Shown: in pieces, positions 36,502-48,330 of the stretch
Layout of the letters: the number at the start of each line of letters is the position of its first letter
How positions within the stretch are numbered: the first letter of the stretch is position 1
From: Podospora anserina
Taxonomy: Eukaryota
Direction: 5' to 3'
Assembly (NCBI GenBank): GCA_017654855.1
Contig: CM030336.1
Span: 3,596,001-3,660,000 of the forward strand
DNA length: 64,000 nt
The notes under the pieces: model-generated
Told to the model about the DNA's origin: nothing
The model's database searches: none
What the model saw: only the letters and a program-made list of their open reading frames with translations
Translations under genes and position numbers: made by a program

Positions 36502-36810
36502 ATGGATGCCCAGGTCCCACAGATGATCAGACAAGAGGTTGATAATTACAGGCTAGAATGGGAGAAACTCCGTGACTACCTTTATACTTTGTTTCCAGAG
36601 TACACCGAATACATCGAACTTGAGGTGGGTCAAGGCTTTTTCCACGCAGTCGGTTTGCCCTCTCTGCTTTCAGCTACCTTTTCTAACCCGGCTTGTGCAC
36701 AGACACATAGAAACGACGTCTATATCGCCTGGATCCCCAATGAATTGACACCAACCGAGATGAACCATATTTACACCAATCTCAGGACGCGCAGGAAGAG
36801 GATTCGGTAA
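36502..36810 (+). CDS. Small hypothetical protein, 76 aa; intron 36625-36702
   Basis: ATG in good context (CAAAGATGG) and a canonical GTGGGT..CTAAC..CAG intron. The product MDAQVPQMIRQEVDNYRLEWEKLRDYLYTLFPEYTEYIELETHRNDVYIAWIPNELTPTEMNHIYTNLRTRRKRIR has globular amphipathic patterning. Confidence 0.7.
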   Translation: MDAQVPQMIRQEVDNYRLEWEKLRDYLYTLFPEYTEYIELEVGQGFFHAVGLPSLLSATFSNPACAQTHRNDVYIAWIPNELTPTEMNHIYTNLRTRRKRIR

Positions 36811-37813
36811 AAGGTTTAGGCCTGCGCCTTGCTGTGATGTTAGGTTGATCAGGGGGGGATAAGCTCATGTGATGTGATGGTTTCAGAATTAATGACATCT
36901 GAGCTTTCTGTTGTATTTTGGAGAAACCTGTCTGGTGATTGGAATCTTCTCTGGATGTCAAATTTGGGAGCCTAGGGTAGAAAGACAGGCAGACTTCTTG
37001 TGGGATGGGGGGAAGCCAGTGGGGCTGGCTGGTGTTAATTAGGCAGTGCTGCTGTGAATAAACCCCAAACTGCATAGGTATCTACCTACCTAGTCAAGAT
37101 GAGCCTCATTTTTATACCATTTCCACTGACCATCTTAAATGCCCAGTGTCTATTTGACAGCTGTTGGCTGCTCAGAGTGCGCACTGATTATTTATTAAAG
37201 CTTGTTTTGTTTCAAATCGGATTGTATCACATATTACGCCCGTAACAAGGCGGACTGCCCGAGCTCTGGCGACTGTGCCAATTTGGACCTCACCAAGCAC
37301 CCAGCCCACATGCATGGAATGATCAATTTCCGAACAATTACCAACCAATGCCAAAATATCTGCAGAGTCTTCACATTTCACATTTCCTGCTCAGAAGCTA
37401 TGGAACTTATTGGCGATCCTATGGATCATATAACACGACGTCCCTTCAATACCAGTAGACCTTGCCAGCCCACGGTCAGGTTGTACACCCAGCCTTTTTC
37501 CACGAATGCTGTGCACAAAAGTAGCCAACCCTTTCTGTTTGCAGCCATGTCGGAGCCAGACAGCTGGAAAATGCCTGGTTAACGTGTACAGCCACCGCTG
37601 TTTCCTTCGCCATCTTTATTTTGCTCTCCAGGCTCACTGAACATTTGGGGGGTAACAACATAGCCGCGATGCGAATACTCAAAAGTGAAATTACACCCGG
37701 CGAAGCAATCGCATCCCCTCAACCACTTCGTGTATAAGATCCCTCGTTGCCTCAGCCAGGTAAGAGTCTCCGTGGAAGAAGGGTATTAACTGCGCAACAC
37801 ACAAGCTTCTCAA

Positions 37814-40044
37814 ATGTCTACCCCGAGCACCATGGTCGACTGTTACGACCAGCTTGAATCCTGCTGTGACTTCGCAGAAGCATGGCCTTCGAACCTTTTC
37901 CGCTCAAAATGCTTTCGACACACTTCGCAGTCATATCGAAAGCGAATCGCCGAGGTGCAAGAGCGGCTTTTTGATCCCAATCCTGAATATGCCTTGGTGG
38001 AGTTCCTTGAAGCATTTCATGGGGAACATGGCTTCCATTCAACAAAGTGCAGTAGCCTGGTTGACTTAAAGCGACATCTCCGAATCAACCGTAAAGACCC
38101 GATATGTCGACATGTGTAAGTCACCTTCCCCTCTACCCAGGACCGCTGGCCAGTGCTGACTATTCGAACCAGATTCTTCGAAGCCGAACACTCCCGAGCA
38201 CCTCTAGACTGTTCAAAAGAGATGTTTGTATTCAGCATGTCGTTTCTTCAAGTCATGGCTCCTTTTGTGGATCTCCTACTGGGCTTTGGGCAGTCGCAGA
38301 ACAGGAAGGAGTTCCATTATACATCTTTCCGTCACGAGAACTATCTAGTGGCGTCAAAAGTCCAGAATTTCGAAATTCCACGGCTGGGTCGATCTGGTCT
38401 GGAGATCAAGCTCTGTTACAATCTATGGAGCGTGGAGTCATCTGTTGGAAACAACTCAGCGGGTTCATTCCGACAGACAGCCCTCTATCACTCTTTCGAC
38501 CTCCGGTCTGGCCGGTCACTTTGGGTAAACATCAGCGTTAATGCCGAGATGAAAAATCGGATCACCGACGCGGCGAGTTCATATGAGGAATTAACAACAG
38601 AGGCGTTGGTAGACATCCAAGGCTCTTTCTCCGCAAGTCTTACTACCCACCTTGTTGCTTTCGAGTGGTGTTCAGAGAACTGGCGTCAATATATTACCAA
38701 ACTGGAAACGACTTTGCGAGCAATAATCAACAAGGTACAGCGTGCTCCCGTCGGGAAAATGGAGAGCACTCTTGCGCTGGATACCAAAAATCTTCTCAAG
38801 GCACTCAAGGCTCCTATAAGCTCTTCACAAATAGTCGAGTCGAACTTGGTCACTTCCCCTGATCTTGTCAACCCAGGAAGCCCAGCCAGCCCCTTCAATT
38901 CCACGCGAACCTTCACTCGGCGGAGTACATTGAAGTCAGCAGTTATCAATCCGCTGAACACAAGAGCGTCTACTAATTTGACTGCAACAAGTATGCAGTC
39001 CTTCCCGGGTTCCCCTGTCCGGCGAGAAACATTCTCGCCCATACTTGGTTGCCCACCGGAATCATCAACTGAGAAGAAGGGCCGAAGAATCCACCATGAT
39101 CAAGATCCGTTTGACATGTTGAAAGACATTTCACTTGAGAAGTTACAAGAGCTCAACGGAATTGGAGCGGATCTGCATACCGCTGGCCTCGTGATGAAGT
39201 TGGACTCCGACGTCCTTCGTGATGTAATGAGACATTATCAAAGCCTCGTTGAAGCGGAAGAGTTTCCAGCGAACCTCAAGGCTTGTAGGCCAGTGCTTGC
39301 TGAGTTCTCTCGACGCGCCATGTCGATTGTGAGAGCCCTAGAGATGGAGCAGACACGGATTGCAACGCTGATGCTCCTCTTCCATGATGGCAGGGGACTG
39401 GTATGTTGTGCAACTTAGTTGAACCGCAAGCCTATTGCTAACACGAGAGATCATCACAGTTTGAGCATGTCCTCCAGTTTCGCAACCTGGAACAGAGCAA
39501 GCTCTTTAATGCGACTGCCAATATAAGCCAACAGCGGATGGAGGAATTCACGGAGCAAATGCACAAATCGACACTCAATATGGAGTCAGTGACCGAAAGC
39601 ATGCACGTAATAGCGCAGAAGACCGAGAAGGACACATCTTCGATGCATGTTATCACTATTGTCACCCTTCTCTTCCTACCTGGAACCTTCGTTGCCGTAA
39701 GACTCGGCCTGCCGACTTTGATCGCCCATGCATTCACGACTTTACTAACATACAGCCAGACATTCTTCGGCAGCGGTTTATTCCAGTGGGATGAAGCGAA
39801 TCCGGAAATGAGCTTTCCAATCTGGAAAGGGGAATTCTTCAAACTGTTTGCCAAGATATGCTTCCCCCTCATGGGCGCTACTATCACCATTTGGTGTTTC
39901 GTTTCCTATCTGCCTTTTTGGAGGGAGTGCTTGCGAGCATGCTGGAACAGATTGAGAGCATGTTGGAACAGAAAGAAGCTTGCAGACGAAGAGCAAGGAA
40001 CAACCGCAATGGGTGTTGCGGAGAGGGAATTAAAGCTAAAATAG
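37814..40044 (+). CDS. Fungal CorA-like domain protein with two C-terminal TM helices, ~683 aa; introns 38116-38172, 39401-39459, 39697-39759
   Basis: Four exons splice in frame. Motifs DPICRHVFFEAEHSRAPLDCS, FLQVMAPFVDLLLGFG, CYNLWSVE, FRQTALYHSFD, helical stalk, then IAQKTEKDTSSMHVITIVTLLFLPGTFVATFFGSGLF and a second TM FAKICFPLMGATITIWCFV. Confidence 0.82.
39931..39972 (+). repeat. In-frame 21-bp tandem duplication (LRACWNR x2) in the CorA-like C-terminal tail
   Basis: TTGCGAGCATGCTGGAACAGA / TTGAGAGCATGTTGGAACAGA. Confidence 0.85.
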
Positions 40045-40892
40045 GGGCAAATATGATGATCGGTATCTAGATGGTACATATGCAAGACCTGAGGAGTTCC
40101 TTCTCGAGCATCTGGGCGGCCTCATCTTGATCTGCCGGCTCATCAAGCCTGTGGAAAGCCAAGTCTTCCCCAAAGCATCAAGGACGCTGCATCGCCATGT
40201 ACGGTGCAGCAACGCCAGGTCAACTGGGCTCTTGGCGCAAGTTCATAAGGCACAGCTATCGTTCACCAGAGAACCGGTAGGCCAATGAGTGGTCGCCTCC
40301 CGCGTCTTCGACATCAGGCTAGCCGCTTTCCCCGCAGAAGGTACAATGCCGTGAATGCCTGGCTGGGCTGTTGTGATGCGTAACTCGGCTTCCACTCCCG
40401 CCTTGCAGAATGCCTCTTGGGTCAGGTACTCTGCACAAGGCTTTTCACTAGGTTTGCCCTACCGTATGTCATGAGAAGCTTTTGCAGCCCAGTTGCTTAT
40501 GGCATCAATTAATGTTAATCCCGATTCTTACGTTGTTGATAGCGGTTAACCTGGCGGTCAGCGGTTGGGAAGCGGATTGGGTCGCACAGGCAGACAGGCG
40601 TCCAAACTGGACAGGATGCACCACCCACCTCGAATGAACAGAGCCTTGTGAGGTCAACCTGGACATAATCACTCACTTTCACCGTCCCCAGCGCGTCTGC
40701 GGCTGCTTGTGACCAGTTGGTTGGTTTTTTCCAAGCTTCAATTTAACTCCGCACCCATCTGCATGCGAAGCCCAATATGACAAAGCGCCCCCTTTACCTT
40801 ATATCTTGTCATCGTTTTGCCCTTCATTGAGGGCTACCCTTCACACCTCACCACGCGATCGCGGGGTAATCGGTATCAGCTCAACCCTCAAG

Positions 40893-43800
40893 ATGACCAG
40901 GTGGTTGGACCCATTCATCGGCTTCCAGGAAGAGGTCCCATCGCTCTGCTCACGGGGCATCAATGGCTTTGGCCAGGAAGATAGCTATATCCCTTACCAG
41001 GCGTTGGAAAAGTATTGGGATCCCGACAAGATCAACGAGGTGCTCAATTCCCGCAAAGGCGAGTTGCAAAACCTCGATGTCGAAACTATCCAGACAAGCT
41101 TTCTCCGCATCTTCTCCAACCTGGTTTTCTGTACGAAACATAACGCCTTCAGGATCAGCTATCTTTCCAAATTCATCAACAATCATATTGACGACCACAA
41201 TCTTCCCCTATTGCGGGATCAGCATCCTCACTCTGACCCTGCCATGGCCATCTTTTCCACCGGAGAGGAAGGTCTCGCAGCATGGGAGGCGTTTGACAAG
41301 CACCAGTTCATGTTCAACCCCTTTATGCTGGAGACAAAGTACCGACACAACCATCCCCTGGCCGAGCGGTGTATCGTTCCATGGAAACGCGTCGGTGAAC
41401 TATCCAGGTCGAAAAACAACTCCACCGTCGTTGAGAAATTCAAGATCAACTCGGACAGCGGGTTGGGTCAATTGGTGGTAAGCAAAAGGCCTCTATATAA
41501 GCATGCTGAATATCGAAGGTGTAGGCTGAACACAGACACAGGAAACCATTGCCGTGAAGAAGATTTGCCTACGACACGACAACGAGGAGCTCACACGCGA
41601 AGCCGAGGAAACGTTCTCAAACGAGCTGGTGGCATACATTGGGTTGAAGAACAACTCATCGCAAGAGGATGCATCGCGATACTTCCTCCGATATTACGGC
41701 TCGTTCAGGCAGGGGGGTTGGGGCTATGTGCTCCTTGAATACGCCGACAAAGGAAGCTTGACAGAATTTTACGCTAGGAACAATATGCCCTACTACCCCT
41801 GGCAGGTGTACAATGTATGGAAAGCCATGCTGAATCTTCTCAGAGGCCTAGAGCTCCTTCACCATTTTAACAATCAGGATGCCTGCCCTGCTGTGCGAGG
41901 CATCCATCAAGATCTCAAACCGTCCAATATCTTTGTGTTCGAGGACCGCGAAGACCTCACCGAAGACAAGCCGCCCTACAAGCACAAGTACATCTTCAAG
42001 ATTGGCGACTTCGGGTTGAGCAGCATGCGCCTAAGGCAGACTCTCCACCCAGACAACAAAGGGACCAAGATGTACGGGGCACCAGAGATCACCACACCCA
42101 CGGCTGAACTTCGCCATTTAGATGGCGGTGCAACTTATAAGGTAGACATCTGGTCAATGGGGTGTATCTACTTCGAGATGCTCATTTGGATCAACTCTGG
42201 TGAGGCGGGGCGAGACGAGTGTCTGGTCAAACGTCTCAAAGAGGGCGGCCCTGATGGGGCATTTCACAACCGGGGAAAAGAGCTTGCCGCCCTCAAGGAG
42301 ATGTTGGAGCTAACGCTCTCCTGCAAACGGCAATGTGACGACCTTACCCAGCCTATAGCTGAACGAATCATGCTGACAATGCTATGCGTTGACCCTTGTG
42401 ACAGATCGAAAGCCAAACAGCTTATACGAGAGTTTCAGGCGATCCTAGAAAAGACTGCTGGAGGAGACAACGCCCGCAATGGTCCGAAACCACGTACGGC
42501 TCTTACAGGTACCCGCACTCAACCCAGTCACAACTCGCGTGGCAAAGCAGCCCATTTATCCAACGCTCAACCGCGCGCTATCTACGGTACTCATCCTTCG
42601 GGCTCACCCGATCTCATGATAGGATATCCTTCACGTGTTGCAGCAAACGATCACAACAAAAGCGAAGACGGCGAGGACTTTGGCAAGGCAGGCCATTCTC
42701 TTGGGCCACCGCTAGGCCAAGTACAAGAACCGCCCGCTCATCGCGTCCATCCTTCTGCCGCATATCGTGGCGACATCCCTACCTCTAACTCACGGACTCC
42801 GCCTAGGAGCCACGGTACCCGGGCCAGTGCACATGGTGTGCCACACTCCAATCAGCACAACCTTGAAGATGTTGCTGTTCCCTTATTTGGCGGACAGCGC
42901 CCTCCATCATCTGCTCTTTCACCTACGAACAACCAAGGTCTAGGGCAGGCATTCTTTGTCACACAGCGGCCGTTGTCAGTCGATTCCGGAAGGGCAGCGG
43001 ATAGGCATTTAGGTTCCATAGAAACCATGATGGGTTTTAAGCCTGCTTACTTTCAGCCCGATACAACCTCGCCTATTTACAGCCCCAGGTCAACCCGACA
43101 GGAGAAGTTGCCTGCCTCGAGACCAAGCAGTGATCCAACCGCCAGGCGTGGGGAACAGGATGGTCCTTTCGTCTGGGATATTCTTGTTTACAAAGAAAGT
43201 AGCAAGAAGAAGAAATGGCCACGTGGATTATTTGAACAGTTGCTGGGACAAGCCGACGCTCTGAAGTATCAGCAAGACAAAGAACAGGTGGGGAACAATC
43301 TTTTGTCTTTTAATCATTAGCACCCAAACACTATGGCGTTCATTTATTAACCAGAAGTGTAGATATTCATCGTCGATGACTCCGAAAGCATGTGGGAGTA
43401 CTGGAAAAGTGTTGTGGATACTTTCGAGGCGCTGTCCTACCTAGTCAAGGCGTGTGATCCCGACGGCATTGAGCTCTATCTCATCTCGGAACCACAGAAG
43501 AAGAAGAAGGCGAACAAGAACTCAACTACCGACCTTGTAAAGTTTTTAAGAGAACTTAAACAGCCCACCAAGCAGAACAGCAACATCGAGTCGAGCTTCA
43601 GTCGCATCTTGGAGAACGTTAAGGTGACGATCTCGGACACGGCGAGCAATTCAAGCCGTGTGTCGATTTTCAGACCCCAATCTGGAGCTGGAATCAGCAT
43701 CTATTTTTTTACCGATGGTGTGTGGGACGATGACGACAAGCAGGGGAACCCAAACATTGCTCACCCGATCCGAAATTTGATACGACAAATGCAGCAAAAT

Positions 43801-44276
43801 AACCACGACCGAACCAAAATCATGATACAATTTATCCAGTTCGGTAACGACCCAGCTGGAACCAGGCGCCTGAGATATCTTGACAACGGGCTCAAGTCAG
43901 AGCTGGATGAGTTGTAAGTTCAACTGTTCAAGTCTCGCCTTTATTTCAGCTCTCGTTGCCCTGGCTTACTAACTTTACCGCCCTACCCAGTGATATCGTC
44001 GACCGCAAACTATGGAACAGCAATGTCCGGAAAATACTGATCGGAAGCCTCAACCGCAAAAATGACAAGGACAGCGATGACGAAGAACATGACGTATTCC
44101 ACAACGCACAAGAGGGTGACAGATTGGGTATCCAGGACAACAGTGTGGCGAGCTCCTCGCCCTTACAAACCACGTGGTTGCCTCCGAGACAGACCACCCG
44201 GGCCTCCTCGAACTCCCAGGCGCATCCCACGAATTGTCCATTCAGAATTGGACGAGGCGAGTGTACATGCCGTTAG
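40893..44276 (+). CDS. Protein kinase - low-complexity linker - vWA domain fusion, ~1055 aa; introns 41478-41541, 43288-43362, 43914-43990
   Basis: Kinase motifs IAVKK, GIHQDLKPSNI, KIGDFGLS, YGAPE, DIWSMGCIYFE. vWA with MIDAS-like IFIVDDSESM, DPDGIELY, IYFFTDGVW, IQFIQFGND. All exons splice in frame. Confidence 0.88.
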
Positions 44277-45177
44277 TATGTGGGCTGAACAACGAGACTT
44301 TTTGAGGGGGATATGCTCTTTTCTCCTCTCTCCTACCGTACTGAACCCTTCCACTTTCCGTTCATACCCCACATAAAGGACGACTGTTCAGGGTATCTCT
44401 CTTCTATGTACACATGGAGTTTTGGAGATCGAGATCATTTTTCTTTTTCTCGTAGTCGTCAGGAGTCTGTGCTTTCTTCTCATTTTTTTATATACTTTCG
44501 AACAACAGAACATGATTGCGGGGACTCTGGTTGGTATATATCTTTTACACAATGGGCAATTAAAGAGTCTTCGTGAGGCTGAGCATATATGTTGGGTTTA
44601 TGAAAGGAAGGAAATTCGGTAGATGATCTAGGTTTGAGGCGTTTTTCTGGGAAAGCAGGGAATGGTTTACATGATCTGTCTTGGTGTTCAGGAAAGACGA
44701 AACAAAGATACCCTTCTTGTATATAGTGTTTATATTACGGCCAGTATATAGCCTTTCTCGTTTATTTCTCCGTTACCAGTTCAAAACATGGCCTTTTCAG
44801 CGTTGGCAAGATATATGGGTGTATATCTGTACATACCTGTTACCTTTTTACAGACATAAGAACGTCGTTAAGAGGGGGTTTGGAATGAGTGTATAAGATC
44901 TGAAAGCTTCCAAGTTACCTATGGTTCTTCGAGACTTCTTGAATGTTTCTGACACTTCTTTGCTCGCTTCCCCATTAATTTTGCTCCCACATTAAACTTT
45001 CCCTCAGGCCCAGCCCAGCACGCCCTGAGCCAGTCAAGGTAGCTTTTAACCATGTTTTTCCTGCCACTGGCAATTGTTTAAGTGAGTGTCCCCTCCCGGT
45101 TCATCCTTCATCACTTTTTTCCTCATTTCTCTAAATCCATCAACACTTTTTGCTCAGACAATAACCTCCCCTCCATC

Positions 45178-46160
45178 ATGCCTGCCGGACCACAAACCCA
45201 ACAGGCGAATACCGAAAAACGAGAGCCCTTGAAGAAAGCAGTCGAAGGTCTTCTCTCAGACGAACCCCTGTTTGCAAACGAACTGGAGGATTTTCTAGAA
45301 CAGCGGAGGAATCGCGCCTGCGCCGACAAAGTCTTGACAAATGTCGCGGAACCCAAGGATGAAGACCCAGCACTCGTTCCTGAGGTCAAAATGGAGGAAA
45401 CCCCTGCACCGATGACACCTGCAGAGCAAGAGATGGCCGAATGACGCGACCTGATCAAGAAACTTGAGGGCTGGTAAAAGGAGAAGTTCGCAAAACTGAC
45501 ATAAAGGTCGGTGACGGAGTGGAAGCCCTTTGATGACTTGCAGATTGCCGCGTTGATGGCGGTTGATATTGAGTCACTTCGGTACAACGTTGACCGAGCA
45601 GACCATGGTTTCTTCTCTACCGAGGGCAAGGAACGCTTCCTTGACGACGTGATCCTGGTGCCCTTTCTCGTTCGTTGGTGTACGTTGATTTCCTCCCATG
45701 TCAGACTTTATCATCATTGCTGATCCGAAAAAAAAAACATACACAGGCATGTCCAAAGACAGGTGGACGAACATCCCTTCGAACCTCAAAGACGGAGCTA
45801 GAAGATATCATCTTCGGGAAGAAAGTGGGGCCAGATAATTTCGGCTCGTCTTGTCAGTCGGCCGAAGATAATGATGAGGAGGATGAAGATGGGGGTGGGC
45901 CAAATCGCAAACGGAGAGTCGGCAAGAAAGGCAACATCAAGAAGAGCTCCAAAAAGAGGAAAGTCACCAAGGAGAGAGCTGTCGTCGAAAGCGATACCCA
46001 CCCCTCCAGGCGCAAACCTTGATGGGAAGAGTTGGCGGACCTGCCTGATTGGTTTGGCCTCGATGGCGGATTCAAGGGATTGCCAAAGCCCGACTTGTAC
46101 GGATTCGAGGTGCTGGCCGCCGTGATTGATAAAGACAAGGCACCGAAAGAATCTTCTTGA
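45178..46160 (+). pseudogene. Pseudogene of an unknown, possibly nuclear protein; probable intron 45680-45746
   Basis: A protein-like frame continues through stops at 45442 (TGA), 45475 (TAA), 45502 (TAA) and 46020 (TGA): ..EQEMAE*RDLIKKLEGW*KEKFAKLT*RSVTEWKPFDDLQIAALM.. and ..KKSSKKRKV..RRKP*WEELADLPDWFG.. Confidence 0.6.
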
Positions 46161-46985
46161 AGGCCCAGTTGTGGTTCTTATATTAGGAGCTCTCTTCTTT
46201 TACCAGAAATTACCTCCCTTTAGCCCATTTTCCCCCATCTCAATAAAAGAGTCTCTCCCTCTATCCTGTCCCATCTTGATACCAGCCTTAAAATCTCCAC
46301 CACAAATACCATATAAACTCGACCAGAGACTCAAGTGACGAAAAAAGTCCACAAGACATTTCCACTTATGTAAGGTAGGTAGACAGAGGATTGACCCCCC
46401 CGTTTGCAAACAACAGGCGCGACTCAATAAACACAGAGTTGCCCTCACCATCAAGGCCATATTAACTCGACCAGAACCCCGATAGAGCGACTCAGAGCCG
46501 AATTAGGAACTCGAATTCGGCACAGTCCACAATTGGCCAACAACCTCGACGACCAAAAGAGCCACCTTCCCAGAGCTGGACAGATATTGCCCCAACGCAG
46601 TTCTTGCTCGTTAAATCAGGACTTGTCCCTGAATTCAACCGCCTCGCCCACTGTCCATCGTTATTATCTAATGTTATAGCAAACGACTTTCAATGAAGAC
46701 GGTAACTTGCCTCTGCCGGAGCTAACGAAGGAGTCTATTATAAGGAAGATAAGTGCCAACGATTTACAAAAAGAGTTTGGTCCAACTAGGTACCAAGCTC
46801 ATGTCGAGGATGTTATTACGCAGTCTACTCCTTTCTATGTATCGTTTGAGACCCCTGCAATACGCTTACTTCCCTTACAAGAGCCCATATCCATACAATA
46901 AGAGAGAAACATTTACGGAGCCCCCTATTTATTTTACCAGCGCCCCCCTCTATACCTATCTCCTTACCCTTCCTATAATATAATT

Positions 46986-47152
46986 AAAGACCTTGAAAGA
47001 AAATTAATAGGCCTTTATATTATCTTTAAGGGCCTTTGAATTATCTTTAAAGACCTTCGAAATATCTTCAAAAGCGTTTCAATCATTTTTAAAGGCCTTG
47101 AAAAATAGTTAAGAGGCCTTAAAAGATAGTTAAGAGGCCTTGAAAAAATAAG
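46986..47152. repeat. AT-rich degenerate tandem array with a 21-bp period
   Basis: Units such as AGGCCTTGAAAAATAGTTAAG / AGGCCTTAAAAGATAGTTAAG / GGGCCTTTGAATTATCTTTAA recur about every 21 bp. Confidence 0.75.
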
Positions 47153-47253
47153 CAAAAAGCCTATATAAAAAGCCAACCCAACGCCCCATACGCTACAGAT
47201 GCAAACAAACGCTAATATCACAGTAACTGCGTCCCAAAACAACACCAAGACCA

Positions 47254-48330
47254 TCATCCAAAACTACTCAATAAATCCCCAATCTTCTGCGACTTCTTCT
47301 TCGGCTTTACCCCCGCGCTCTCAGTAGTAGCCTTCCTCTTAGGCTGCGTTACCACTACCGTAGGCGCTTCCTCAGCCTGCACCTCAACATTCCAATCCCT
47401 GGAAAACTCCCATATGCACAAATTGCTCAGTAAACCCTTATTGGTGTTCACCTGTCCCGGCTCCGGCGGCGTCACCAAAGTGATGGTAGCATACGGATTA
47501 TCCAGTCCCAGCTCCTCATACTGCAAAGCCATGTCCATGTCCCAGTACACGTACCGGTAACACTCCACCGGCGCCCAGGCAGGCGCGTCCTTCAGCGGCT
47601 GGCCGATGACCGGCGGCGGGTTTGTGATTGGCGAGTTGACGTACACTGCCTTGATCTTGGGGAACTTAGTTACATAGTGCAGCATGTGTATACTGAGCGA
47701 ACCTGGCATGGCAAAGAGAATGAGACTGCGGAGGGAAGGGAAGGGTTCTTTTTTCTCGCTCCAACCTCGGATGAGGTGGTTGTTTAGATTCAAGCTCGGT
47801 TTGTTGCACGAGAATCCCGAGTGAGCGGCTGTTTTGATGCCGCGGTCTTCCATGTGCAGGATGACCAGGCTGCGCAATTCGGCGAGGAGGAGGAGGTCGC
47901 GGGTGTTGAATCTCTCGGTATCCTTAATTTTAAGAATGGTGAGGAAGTGAACGTTGCCCGGGTGCGGCTGCATGGTTTGGATGCGTCTGGGTAACTCGTC
48001 CGGCTCGACGTCATCTTCCCAGCAGAAAGGCTTAACACCGTGTGGGGTGTTTGTCCGTGAGGTGTTGATGTAAATGGCATCGGCGAGGAGTTGCCATTGG
48101 GTGTATGTCATTCTAGGTGGTGGTGAGCGGTGTGGAGGGTCTGGATGAGCGAGAGAGACATCGACTTACATTGGATCCAAGAGCCTAAAAAGCTGCCTGA
48201 GGCGGGGTTCTGGTAAAAGCACGAGATGGTCTGTTGTGAGGCTGGCCATGTTCTTAGCGACCGCGCGCATACACATAGAGACCAGATCCATCTTACGGAC
48301 CACATCCTTGGGACCAGTTATCAAAGTCAT
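47254..48330 (-). CDS. Hypothetical protein with LRR-like segments and a basic C-terminus; intron 48169-48113
   Basis: A GTAAGT..TAG intron joins two ORFs in frame. LRR-like LAELRSLVILHM, FPSLRSLILF, FPKIKAVYV; C-terminal PKRKA..KPKKKSQK. Confidence 0.7.

Noticed and set aside
35000-47250. Transposon, Starship or Spok-type element as carrier of the island
   Set aside because: No transposase, reverse transcriptase, tyrosine recombinase, LTR/TIR or recognisable Spok-like ORF is visible in the window.
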